The position numbers and the translations under genes are program-made. A stretch of 64,000 bases of DNA from Planctomycetota bacterium (GTDB lineage: Bacteria > Planctomycetota > SZUA-567 > H5-PLA8): NCBI GenBank assembly GCA_045863855.1, contig BTVV01000007.1:41433-105432 (forward strand). Reading direction: 5' to 3'. Shown piece by piece: positions 1 to 8,986 of this stretch. Within the stretch, counting starts at the first letter, position 1; each line of letters starts with the position of its first letter. The notes beneath the pieces were generated by a model. That model had not been told where the DNA came from, did not search any database, and saw nothing but the letters and a program-made list of their open reading frames with translations.

Positions 1-462
1 GTAGGTTTCTGCCAGCGCCAGCAGCGAGCGCTGCACCGCACGCAATTCGGCGCGGATCGCGTCGAGCTGTTCGCGGACCCAGAGGCGCTCGTCGAGCGCG
101 ATCTGGTCGTTGCGGCTGCGGGCGGTATGGAGCTTCCCCGCGGCGGCGCCGGCGCGGTCGGCGAGCGCCTTTTCGATGTTCATGTGCACGTCTTCGAATG
201 CGGGATTCCAGGCGAAGCGCCCGGCCTCGATTTCGGCGCGGATGGCTTCGAGCCCCTTGCGGAGAGCGGCTTCTTCGGCCGTAGACAGCAGGCCCACCTT
301 GAGCAGCATGCGGGCATGCGCAAGCGACCCGGCGAGATCGTGGCGCGCCAGTTCCCGGTCGAAGCTGACCGATTGGGTAAACGCTTCGGTCAGCGGATCG
401 GCGGGTTTGCTGAATACGCCGCTGCGCGCGGGGGAGCGTTCGCGTTTCGACACGCGTGCCAT
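1..462 (-). CDS. argH: Argininosuccinate lyase, N-terminal part (runs off the window edge)
   Basis: Manual translation gives MARVSKRE...FTQSVSFDRELARHDLAGSLAHARML...FEDVHMNIE...GKLHTARSRNDQIALDERLW, the ArgH signature. AGGAGA RBS upstream of ATG at 462. Confidence 0.93.
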   Translation of the reverse strand, partial: MARVSKRERSPARSGVFSKPADPLTEAFTQSVSFDRELARHDLAGSLAHARMLLKVGLLSTAEEAALRKGLEAIRAEIEAGRFAWNPAFEDVHMNIEKALADRAGAAAGKLHTARSRNDQIALDERLWVREQLDAIRAELRAVQRSLLALAETY

Positions 463-562
463 CCGAGGTCTCCTGGGCAGGGGGCCACGTGACGCGGCGC
501 CGAGGCATCGGCGAACGCTTCCAACCTTCGGATGGGCGGGCGCGACCCGCGGCGCTCGGTGC

Positions 563-643
563 TTACCGCTTCTTGCGGCGGTTGCGCCGCTGACGGCGCT
601 TTTTGCTGCCGATTTTTCGGCGGCGGCGAGGCTTGAAGGCCAT
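563..643 (-). CDS. 26-aa highly basic peptide MAFKPRRRRKIGSKKRRQRRNRRKKR, possibly a small ribosomal/RNA-binding protein
   Basis: ATG..TAA ORF below the ORF-track cutoff. AAGGA RBS 6 nt before ATG; 17 of 26 residues are K/R; same strand as argH and just upstream of it. Confidence 0.65.
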   Translation of the reverse strand: MAFKPRRRRKIGSKKRRQRRNRRKKR

Positions 644-798
644 GGAACGTCCTTGCTCTTGGGCTCGCGAGCCTATCCGTGCTCGTCGTGAAGGCCACGT
701 ATTATGCCTGTCCCGACCACGTTGTAAAGAACAGGTGCAAAATCAACAGCCTTTCGTTGAGGATTGGCCGAAACGCTCAAAAGAGGTATCTTACCCGT

Positions 799-1131
799 AT
801 GGCCAGCAGCGTTTGCATCAACCACACCAGCCGCCCCGCCACTGCGCGCTGCATCACTTGCCACAAACCCGTCTGCGAAGACTGCGTGGTGCGGCACGAA
901 GGCAGTACTTTCTGCAGCGGCGCGTGCCGCGACAATTACTCGCATTTCCACGCACGCTACAAGGGCGAGCGTCCTCAAGGCTTCTTTGCCCAGCTGTTCG
1001 GAAGCGTAAAGAACCTTGTGATTACCCTGATCGGCTTCGGATTGCTGGGGCTGATCCTGGTTTACGCCGGGGCTAAAATCCTAAATCTGGGCTTCTGCCA
1101 GGATTTGCTCAAACGAATCGGCTTGTCGTAA
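799..1131 (+). CDS. B-box-type zinc finger protein with C-terminal transmembrane helix
   Basis: C-x2-H..C-x2-C..C-x2-C..C-x3-C pattern (CINH/CITC/CEDC/CSGAC), followed by a hydrophobic helix. Confidence 0.75.
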   Translation: MASSVCINHTSRPATARCITCHKPVCEDCVVRHEGSTFCSGACRDNYSHFHARYKGERPQGFFAQLFGSVKNLVITLIGFGLLGLILVYAGAKILNLGFCQDLLKRIGLS

Positions 1132-1136
1132 CCGCC

Positions 1137-3152
1137 CTACTGCTCCGCGATGCGCCCGTCGCCCCACAGCTTCGCCTGATCCGGGTCGTCGGTGCGCGGG
1201 TACAGCAGCGGCATTTTCTCGCTGCCTATCTTGGTCCCGCGCATGTAGAGCAACTTGGCGCCGGTGGCGGGACAATGCAGGCGGCCTTCGGCATCCAGGC
1301 AGGCTTCGTCGGCGTTCATGAAGCCGCCGGCGACGAGGTCGGCAAGCTGCTTGGGGTTCTCGTTCCCGTTCTTCGCCGCGAAGGCGCGAAAGGCTTCGTA
1401 GTAGCGGTGGTACAGCTCCGCGCGCGAGCGCTTTTGTCCTTCCGGCGCGACGGCGGGCGGCTGAGCGACGCCCGGAGTGGGCGCAACAGGGGCCGTCGTG
1501 GCCGTAGCGGTGGGCGCGGGGGCATCCGGAGCGCCGGCGGGCAGGGCGGGGAGCTTCAGCTTCGAATCGTCCCACCGTGCGCCGGCACGGGTCACTACCG
1601 TGGCCACCGCCCGCGCGACGTTCGCTTCCAGCGCCTTGCCGCGGGCCTGCGGCTCGAGTTCCTTGAGTCCATCTTCGGCCCACGTGATTAACCCCGCGCG
1701 GTTCACCTTTTCCAAGGTTCCGGAAACCTTGTCGTCCTGCAGCAGAGTCTGGGCGGCGAGCAGCCACGCGTACGCCGATTCGGGTTCGCGCCCATCGCGG
1801 CGGAGCAGTTCGCCGACCAAGTAAGCGTTCCGGCCCAGATCCTTGAGCGACTCTTCGTCCTTGCCGAAATAGAGCGCCTGCATCAGATAGTCGGCGGCGC
1901 GGTACAAATGTACGCGCTCGCGAGTAAGCGCGGCTTCGCGGTCGTCGGCGATCCGGCGCAGCAGGTCCAGTTCGAGCAGCATCTGTTGTTTGACCTCGTC
2001 GGGACCGTCGCCAATGAAACCGGAGGGGATCACCTTGCGCGCTTCGCCCAGCGCCTTGGCGGCGGCCGAAAGATAGCCTTGCCGCGCCAGGAAACCCGAA
2101 TGCCGAACGTACAGCACGAACATGTCGGCGACATTGAAGCGCGCCACGTCCCCGGCGGCCGGCGGGCCCTGTTTCTCGGCCTCCTGCACCACGCGCTCGC
2201 CCTTTTCGATCACGCGCGCGGCGGCCTGCGCGAGGATATCCGGATCGCGCTCGGTGGTCTCGACGAGGTCTTCGCGGCGCTGGCGGCGGACTTCCATCGC
2301 CTCGGCGAGAATGAACATATTCATGCGCCGGATGGCCTGCCCCAGCGTGATCAGACTCTGAGGATTCAGCCCCGGCACGCCCAGTTCGCTGCACAGATAG
2401 CGCCGGTTGGCGTGCGCGGCTTCCAGGTGAATCTTGCCCAGGAAGTAGTGCGGCAGCTTCTTCTCGCCGCGCTCCAGAATCTTCAACGCGTTCTCGTACT
2501 TGATCCAATCGGGAATCTCGGTGGATTTCAGGAAGTCGTTGAACTGCAGCATCCGCGCCGGAACTTCGGTGCCCGGTTTGGGCGTCAGGCCCATCAGCTC
2601 GATCATCTTCCTGCGCGTCGAACCGGTCAGTTCCTGCTGCACGAAGGTGATCGTTTCGGGGCTCAACGGGCTGCCGTCGAACTCCCGCCCAAACCACTGC
2701 GCCGGAGCGGCGTACCCGCTTTCCGGGCACATCCAGATGCTCGTATGAACCGCCACGCGGCCGACGCTGTGCCGGCAGAAATCCCGGTCGAAGCCATCCT
2801 TGTGGTTCACATTGCCTTGCTTGGCCGCGGCAAACGGGCGCCCCGCCAGCGGACTGGGCACCGTGGCCCATTCGATGTGCTGAACGTCCTTGTCCACCGG
2901 CTCGCAGGTGAAGTCCGCGTCGCTGTGGAGGTACAGCGCCTTGCCGCAGATCTGGCAGCGCGCGGCTTTTTCGGCATCCACCTGCATCGGGACGCCCTTC
3001 TGGCCGCGCCGCAATAGCTCGCCCATGGGCGTCTCTTCTTCGCCGGCTCCCGTCGGATTAGGGTTCGTCGGCTGCGGCGGCAGGATCGTTCCCGCTTGCA
3101 CCGCGCCCGCCAGCCCGCACCACAACAGCACCAGAACCGCAACCCGCCGCAT
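1137..3152 (-). CDS. Secreted DUF2225-like protein
   Basis: Signal peptide MRRVAVLVLLWCGLAGAVQA with AAGGAG RBS; DUF2225-like motifs DRDFC...WMCPESGYAA and YLVGELLRR. Confidence 0.6.
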   Translation of the reverse strand: MRRVAVLVLLWCGLAGAVQAGTILPPQPTNPNPTGAGEEETPMGELLRRGQKGVPMQVDAEKAARCQICGKALYLHSDADFTCEPVDKDVQHIEWATVPSPLAGRPFAAAKQGNVNHKDGFDRDFCRHSVGRVAVHTSIWMCPESGYAAPAQWFGREFDGSPLSPETITFVQQELTGSTRRKMIELMGLTPKPGTEVPARMLQFNDFLKSTEIPDWIKYENALKILERGEKKLPHYFLGKIHLEAAHANRRYLCSELGVPGLNPQSLITLGQAIRRMNMFILAEAMEVRRQRREDLVETTERDPDILAQAAARVIEKGERVVQEAEKQGPPAAGDVARFNVADMFVLYVRHSGFLARQGYLSAAAKALGEARKVIPSGFIGDGPDEVKQQMLLELDLLRRIADDREAALTRERVHLYRAADYLMQALYFGKDEESLKDLGRNAYLVGELLRRDGREPESAYAWLLAAQTLLQDDKVSGTLEKVNRAGLITWAEDGLKELEPQARGKALEANVARAVATVVTRAGARWDDSKLKLPALPAGAPDAPAPTATATTAPVAPTPGVAQPPAVAPEGQKRSRAELYHRYYEAFRAFAAKNGNENPKQLADLVAGGFMNADEACLDAEGRLHCPATGAKLLYMRGTKIGSEKMPLLYPRTDDPDQAKLWGDGRIAEQ

Positions 3153-3288
3153 CGCACCGCTCCTTGGAATCGCCGCATTCGCCCCGGCAAGCATAATCGG
3201 GGTATTGTAGGGAATGTCCCCGTTCCCGGCAACCGTCGGCATTTCCGGCTCCTTGCCCCGTCTGCGCTTGAGGTTACGATGGTCGGTC

Positions 3289-4245
3289 ATGGGTGAGTTG
3301 GCCCTTATCCGGCGCATTCGCGAAGCCCCGACCGGGCATCCTTGGCTCAAAGTCGGCCCCGGCAGCGACTGCGCCGTCGTGACGTGGCCGGCTGGCCATG
3401 AGCTGGCTTACAAAATCGATCAGGTCGTCGAAGGCACTCATTTCGTCTTAGACGGTCCAGAAGCCGCTACGCCCCGGCAAATCGGGTGGAAAGCGCTTGC
3501 GAAGGCGGCCAGCGATATCGCCGCCGCGGGCTGCCGGCCGGTGGCCGCCTTGGTCGCCATCAACTTGCGCCAAGGGCTGGACGATACTTTTGCGTTGGAA
3601 CTGCACGCCGGGGTCAAGGCGTGTGCCGAACGCCTGTGCTTCGCGCTGGCGGGAGGCGACATCACCTCAAGCGAAAGGACGCTCACGGTCTGCGTAAGCT
3701 TGATCGGCGCCGCGCCGGCCGGGCAACCGGCTTGGCTGAGGCAGGGCGCCCGAGCAGGCGACGTGTTGCTGGTGACGGGCGAACTGGGCGGCAGCCGCGG
3801 CGGGAAGCATTTGGACTTCATGCCCCGCGTCGAGGAAGCGGCGCAATTGCGAAACCTGGCCGGAGCGGGCATCCGGGCCTGCATCGACATCACCGACGGT
3901 CTGGCCCGCGATGCCGGCCATCTATGCGAAGAGAGCGGCGTGGGGATCGAGTTGGACGAAGCGGCGCTTCCGATTGCGCCGGCGGCCCTGGCCGCGGCCC
4001 GGCGCGACGGGCGTACGCCATTGGAGCATGTACTTGGCGACGGCGAGGACTTCGAGCTGCTGCTGGCCATGGATCCAACCGTGGCCGAGGCACTGTTGAA
4101 GAACTGGGCGCACCCCACGAAGTTGACGCGGATTGGGCGCGTCTTGCCGGTGGTGGCCGGACGCACGCTGAAACGACCGGACGGGTGTAGCGAAATGCTG
4201 CCGGATGTGGGTTACGAGCACGGGGCCGCGGAGGGCCCAAAATGA
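3289..4245 (+). CDS. thiL: Thiamine-monophosphate kinase
   Basis: GELALI, GPGSDCA, EGTHF, SDIAAAG, DITDGL and GEDFELL motifs. Confidence 0.93.
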   Translation: MGELALIRRIREAPTGHPWLKVGPGSDCAVVTWPAGHELAYKIDQVVEGTHFVLDGPEAATPRQIGWKALAKAASDIAAAGCRPVAALVAINLRQGLDDTFALELHAGVKACAERLCFALAGGDITSSERTLTVCVSLIGAAPAGQPAWLRQGARAGDVLLVTGELGGSRGGKHLDFMPRVEEAAQLRNLAGAGIRACIDITDGLARDAGHLCEESGVGIELDEAALPIAPAALAAARRDGRTPLEHVLGDGEDFELLLAMDPTVAEALLKNWAHPTKLTRIGRVLPVVAGRTLKRPDGCSEMLPDVGYEHGAAEGPK

Positions 4246-5249
4246 GTCCAGAACTGCTTGTCCTGGCCCAACTGACGATTCCTCCGGACCCGATTTGGTT
4301 CAGTCTGGGATCTGTGAATTTTTATTACTACGGCCTTTGCTATGCCATTGGCTTCGCGGTAGTGGCGGCGCATTTATACCGGAACAGTCAAGAATTGGGA
4401 ATCAACCTAGAAGGTACTTACGAAGCGGCACTGTGTTTTGCATTTGGAAGTTTGGCTGGCGGACGATGTTTCGAGATATTCGTTTACGAATGGGCACTCT
4501 ATCGTGATGAATGGTGGGAAGTTTTGCACTTCTGGAACGGCGGGATGGCCAGTCATGGCGTGATGTTAGGCGCGGTGGCGGGGATATTCGCCTTCGCCAA
4601 GTGGCGTCGGCGGCCTTTTCTGCTGCTCGTCGATACTCTGGTGCTACCCGGTGCCTTAATGATGGCTTTGGGACGACTAGGAAATTTCATTAATGGGGAG
4701 ATCTATGGACCGCACACTGAGGCTTGGTGGGGCGTAGCAGTTCCTTACGCGGAAGGCCTCCGGCATCCCGTCCCCCTTTACGATGCACTCAAGAATCTAG
4801 GCGTAGCAGTTATCCTCCTTGTGCTCAGCCGGCGGCATCGCTGCGGTGAAGGCAGACTTTTCGCACATTTCTTGGTCTGGTACGGCGGCCTACGGCTGAT
4901 CGTGGACCTATACCGTGAATACGGTTCCGAATTTTGGGGTATCGGAAGAGGTCAGTTCGCAAACGCCGGCATGGCCTTGGTTGGATTGTTTGCCTTGGCT
5001 TGGTTGAACCGGCGAGTACAGCCATGCCAAGAGCCTGCAGCGATAGCAGGCCCTGAAGTACCGGCTGAGTCGAAGGTATCGGCTTTGTGGTTCAAACGTA
5101 CGGCTTTTGCGGCGATGCTGGTCGCGTGCTTGGCCATTCCTAGCGGTTGGTCCGAAGGCTGGCTGGAAGGCCTCGCACAAACGCAACGTGCGGCCCTTTC
5201 GCAAGCGACTCGGCTCTCGGCAACTTGCGCGGGGAGTCCGACGCCGTGA
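4242..5249 (+). CDS. lgt: Prolipoprotein diacylglyceryl transferase
   Basis: YYGL, GGMASHG, GRLGNFINGE and RHP motifs; multiple TM helices; ATGA overlap with thiL. Confidence 0.9.
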   Translation: MSPELLVLAQLTIPPDPIWFSLGSVNFYYYGLCYAIGFAVVAAHLYRNSQELGINLEGTYEAALCFAFGSLAGGRCFEIFVYEWALYRDEWWEVLHFWNGGMASHGVMLGAVAGIFAFAKWRRRPFLLLVDTLVLPGALMMALGRLGNFINGEIYGPHTEAWWGVAVPYAEGLRHPVPLYDALKNLGVAVILLVLSRRHRCGEGRLFAHFLVWYGGLRLIVDLYREYGSEFWGIGRGQFANAGMALVGLFALAWLNRRVQPCQEPAAIAGPEVPAESKVSALWFKRTAFAAMLVACLAIPSGWSEGWLEGLAQTQRAALSQATRLSATCAGSPTP

Positions 5250-5827
5250 ATGGAACCTGGAAAGCCGGATTTGTGGTCGAAACCCACGGCGCCGAGGAGA
5301 CCGAGGCGCTGGGCCGTTGCTGCGGTGCGCTACGGCCGTGGGGCTTTGTACTGGCGTTACGCGGCGATCTGGGGGCGGGGAAGACGGTCTTCGTGCGCGG
5401 CCTGGCGGCCGGACTGCTGGAGGGTGACGAGATCGAGGTCACCAGTCCCACGTACGTCTTGCAGCATGTGTACCGCGGTCAGGAGGCGACGCTGTACCAT
5501 ATCGATGCGTACCGCATGAGCGGCGGGGCGGAGGAGTTCGAAGGCGCGGGCTTGCGAGATTGCCTTAACGACCGGCGCGGGGTGGTTTGCCTGGAATGGC
5601 CTGAGCGTGTCGAAGAGGTGCTGCCGGCCGACCGCTTGGAGGTAGAACTGGAACACGCGGGCGGCGATACGCGTACGGTGCATGTGCTGGCCACGGGGGT
5701 GCTTTCCGGCGCGCTGGCCGATGCCTTGGCACAACGCGTGGGAAGCCGCTTCAAACTGGAGAATTTTCTGGGGCGCCCGGGGCCGGCCGTTCCGCCAGCG
5801 GAGGCCGCTCCGCCGTCGCTGTCATAA
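5246..5827 (+). CDS. tsaE: tRNA threonylcarbamoyladenosine biosynthesis ATPase TsaE
   Basis: GDLGAGKT, VTSPTY, HIDAYR and EWPE motifs; GTG start overlaps the lgt stop. Confidence 0.92.
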   Translation: MNGTWKAGFVVETHGAEETEALGRCCGALRPWGFVLALRGDLGAGKTVFVRGLAAGLLEGDEIEVTSPTYVLQHVYRGQEATLYHIDAYRMSGGAEEFEGAGLRDCLNDRRGVVCLEWPERVEEVLPADRLEVELEHAGGDTRTVHVLATGVLSGALADALAQRVGSRFKLENFLGRPGPAVPPAEAAPPSLS

Positions 5828-5940
5828 CCGGATGCCCGCGCTTGCCAGGGGAACGCGCGGGGCGATAAGTAAGCGTGCAAACAAGGGGTGAGTCGGCTGC
5901 CGCGGCCTCGCTGCGCGGCGCGAACCGGGAGGATCTGGGC

Positions 5941-7350
5941 ATGGCTAAGAAAGCAACGCCGCGAGGCGAAGCACGCAACAACGGGCAGGGTTCGGCGGTC
6001 GCGGAGAAGCCCGCGAACGCTCCAGCCGAAGCCGACGCGTTGCGACGTCCACGCTTCAAGGAAACGCCGCCACCGCCACCGCCCGGTACGCGGATCATGC
6101 CCGCGCCGCGGCACGACATGTGGGAGCAATCGGTCCGCCAGTTGGAGGAAACCGGAAAGCGCATCGATCTCGACGCGGGCTCCCTGGCGATGCTTAAGCA
6201 CTGCAAACGCACGCTGGAAGTTTCCGTACCGGTGCGCATGGACGACGGGCACATCGAGGTCTTCCAGGGCTATCGCGTGCATCACAACCAGTACCGCGGT
6301 CCGGCAAAGGGCGGCTTGCGCTACCATCCGGAAGTCAGCATGGAGGAGGTGAAAGCGCTGGCCATGCTGATGACCTGGAAATGCGCACTGATGAACATTC
6401 CGTACGGCGGCGCGAAGGGCGGGGTGGTCTGCGAGCCGCGCAAGATGTCCGAGCGCGAACTGGAATCGATGACGCGTCGCTTCACGTCCGAGATCATGCT
6501 GATCATCGGCCCGGACAAGGACATTCCCGCGCCGGACATGGGCACCAACGCGCAAGTCATGGCCTGGATGTACGACACGTACAACATGACCACGGGTCAC
6601 GCGGTGCCTCAGATCGTGACGGGCAAGCCAGTTTCGCTCGGCGGTTCGCTGGGACGCATCGAGGCAACGGGGCGCGGCGTGAGTTATGTGGTCGCCGCGG
6701 TGGCGCAGGAAAAGGGCATGAATCTGAAAGGCCTGCGCGTGGCAGTCCAAGGCGCGGGTAACGTGGGCTCCAACGCCGCTAAGGCACTGCACGAAATGGG
6801 CGCCAAGATCGTCGCCATCAGCGACGTCAACGGCGGCATTTACGCCTCCGAAGGAATCGATCCGTTCCGCATCTTCGCGCAGTTGGGCCCTAAAGACAAC
6901 GTCCAGGGTTATCCTGGCACTCAGAACATCACGAACGACGAGGTGCTGACGACCGAGTGCGACATCCTGATCCCCGCGGCGGTCGGCGGCGTGATCACCG
7001 ATGCGAACGCCCAAGAGGTGAAAGCCAAGGTCGTCGTCGAAGCTGCGAACGGTCCGACCACCAACGAGGCCGACGAGATCCTGAAATCCCGCAATATCAC
7101 CGTGGTGCCGGACATCCTGGCCAATGCCGGCGGCGTGACGGTGAGTTACTTCGAATGGGTGCAGGGGATCCAGTATTACTTCTGGGAGCTGGACGAAATC
7201 AATACACGCCTGCACAAGGTCATGACCAAAGCCTTCAACGCAACGTGGGCGCTCTCGCGGCGCGAACGCGTCCCGATGCGCACGGCGGCGATGATGATTG
7301 CCGTCAGCCGCGTGGCCGAAGCGCAAAAGAGCTTGGGCTTGTTTCCTTAA
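5941..7350 (+). CDS. gdhA: Glu/Leu/Phe/Val dehydrogenase (glutamate dehydrogenase)
   Basis: GPAKGGLRYHP, MTWKCA, GGAKGG, DIPAPD and ANAGGVTVSYFEW motifs. Confidence 0.92.
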   Translation: MAKKATPRGEARNNGQGSAVAEKPANAPAEADALRRPRFKETPPPPPPGTRIMPAPRHDMWEQSVRQLEETGKRIDLDAGSLAMLKHCKRTLEVSVPVRMDDGHIEVFQGYRVHHNQYRGPAKGGLRYHPEVSMEEVKALAMLMTWKCALMNIPYGGAKGGVVCEPRKMSERELESMTRRFTSEIMLIIGPDKDIPAPDMGTNAQVMAWMYDTYNMTTGHAVPQIVTGKPVSLGGSLGRIEATGRGVSYVVAAVAQEKGMNLKGLRVAVQGAGNVGSNAAKALHEMGAKIVAISDVNGGIYASEGIDPFRIFAQLGPKDNVQGYPGTQNITNDEVLTTECDILIPAAVGGVITDANAQEVKAKVVVEAANGPTTNEADEILKSRNITVVPDILANAGGVTVSYFEWVQGIQYYFWELDEINTRLHKVMTKAFNATWALSRRERVPMRTAAMMIAVSRVAEAQKSLGLFP

Positions 7351-7355
7351 GCGCG

Positions 7356-8861
7356 ATGTCCCTGGACGCTCAAGCACCGCCAGGTTCGGCGCCCATCGGC
7401 GTTGCGCCCGTTCGCGGTCCCGAAGGCCGCGTTGCGCGATTGCGCCGCTTTAATCTGCTCCGCTATTTCACCGGAGCGGGGCTGCTGATCATTTTGGGAG
7501 TGCTGTTAGGTTCCGTCCTGGTGGCTGGCCGCGTCATTCACGATGTATCACTCGAAATCGAGCGCGAAGAAGCCGACAGTCTGGTGGAGGCCCTTCTTGA
7601 GCGCATGGCGTATCAAGGCTATGGCCCGGAACGCTGGGGCGAGCCCGTACTCGATCCTCATTTGAACGAAATCGTACGAGCCAAGTTGCAGAATTTCGGC
7701 ATCTTGGAGTTTTCGCTTTACTCACCGGATCAGCGAGAGTTAGTCGTCTTTACCGCGCATGGTAAGCCACGCGCCGCGCATCGCTCAGAAGCGTTTCAGG
7801 AGGCGCTAAGCGGGCAAACCAGCCTGCGCTGGCATGCCCGCTATGCCGGACCGCTCATTCTTTTGAGCGGTGAGGGCAGTTCCATCGACACTTATGTACC
7901 GGTCAAGGCCCCTGACGGACATATTCGGGGAGTCGCCCATCTGCACCGCAGTCTTGAGACCGTACTTCCCAAAACCCGCCTCATGCTGCCCAGGCTTGCG
8001 CTGGTCGCAGGAACTGCCGCGCTTATGGGTTTTTGGGGACTCTGGTTGCTGGTTCGTCACGCCGATCGATTAATCGAACGCCAGCAACAGACGATCGACA
8101 GCTACAATCGCCAACTCGCCGAGCGCAACCGGCTGCTGGAACAGTACAACGAGCGCAAGGATGAGTTTCTGGCGATCTGCAGCCACGATCTGCGCAGCCC
8201 CCTCAACAGCATCTATGCGGGCTGCAAGGTTCTGGCCAGCAACCGTAAGGGGCTTCTCAATCCGGAACAGGCGGAGATCAATGCCGAGAACCTGAAAAAG
8301 GTGAGTCAGATGCTCCATCTGATCGACAGCTTGCTGGATCTAGGACGCATCGAAGCAGGGCAAGAGGCTGTTGTCCCTGAATCTTTCGACCTGAATAGAG
8401 CCCTTCGAGAAGCCATTGCGATGGGATCGGCGCAAGCGGCGGAGCGAGGCGTCCAGGTCGAACTGGATGCCGCGGAAGGCAATCCGGCGCTGGAAGCCGA
8501 TGTGCACAAATTCGTGCGTATCATCTGCAACTTGCTCTCGAACGCAGTCAAGCATTCACCTCAAGGAAGTCACGTGCGCGTACGTGCCGTTACCCATGCA
8601 TCTTGGATCCGAATCTCGATCACGGATCAAGGACCCGGAATCGCGCCCGAACAGCAAGCTTTGCTTTTCGATAAATATTCTGCATTGGCGCGCAGCAAGA
8701 AATCACGTTCCGAAGGCACCGGTCTTGGACTGGCCATTACCAACGAATTGGTGCGCCTCCACGGCGGCCGCATTGAAGTGGAAAGCGAATTGGGAAAAGG
8801 AGCCACGTTTACCGTAGTGCTGCCTCGCACCTACGAGGGCTCCGCAAGCGCTCAGGAGTGA
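7356..8861 (+). CDS. Membrane sensor histidine kinase
   Basis: Two TM segments; H-box SHDLRSPL, N-box NLLSNAVKH, DQGPGI and GTGLGL. Confidence 0.9.
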   Translation: MSLDAQAPPGSAPIGVAPVRGPEGRVARLRRFNLLRYFTGAGLLIILGVLLGSVLVAGRVIHDVSLEIEREEADSLVEALLERMAYQGYGPERWGEPVLDPHLNEIVRAKLQNFGILEFSLYSPDQRELVVFTAHGKPRAAHRSEAFQEALSGQTSLRWHARYAGPLILLSGEGSSIDTYVPVKAPDGHIRGVAHLHRSLETVLPKTRLMLPRLALVAGTAALMGFWGLWLLVRHADRLIERQQQTIDSYNRQLAERNRLLEQYNERKDEFLAICSHDLRSPLNSIYAGCKVLASNRKGLLNPEQAEINAENLKKVSQMLHLIDSLLDLGRIEAGQEAVVPESFDLNRALREAIAMGSAQAAERGVQVELDAAEGNPALEADVHKFVRIICNLLSNAVKHSPQGSHVRVRAVTHASWIRISITDQGPGIAPEQQALLFDKYSALARSKKSRSEGTGLGLAITNELVRLHGGRIEVESELGKGATFTVVLPRTYEGSASAQE

Positions 8862-8922
8862 CCTTGCCCTTCGGGATGAATCTCGATCAATGGCCTTCAT
8901 CCCAAATCCCTTCCTGGAAATA

Positions 8923-8954
8923 AAGCGGGCAGCCGGAGGGTCGGCTGCCCGCTT
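8923..8954 (-). terminator. Intrinsic terminator hairpin between convergent genes
   Basis: 13-bp perfect stem AAGCGGGCAGCCG/CGGCTGCCCGCTT, followed by TATTT on the minus strand. Confidence 0.7.
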
Positions 8955-8986
8955 GCACTTTCCGGATACGGCTCGGTCCGGCGCGC

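Noticed and set aside
5479..7377. Long antisense ORF opposite gdh (also 9314-11038, 25850-27757, 28651-30249, 61926-63896)
   Set aside because: Shadow ORFs expected from high-GC codon bias; the opposite strand carries the recognisable proteins.
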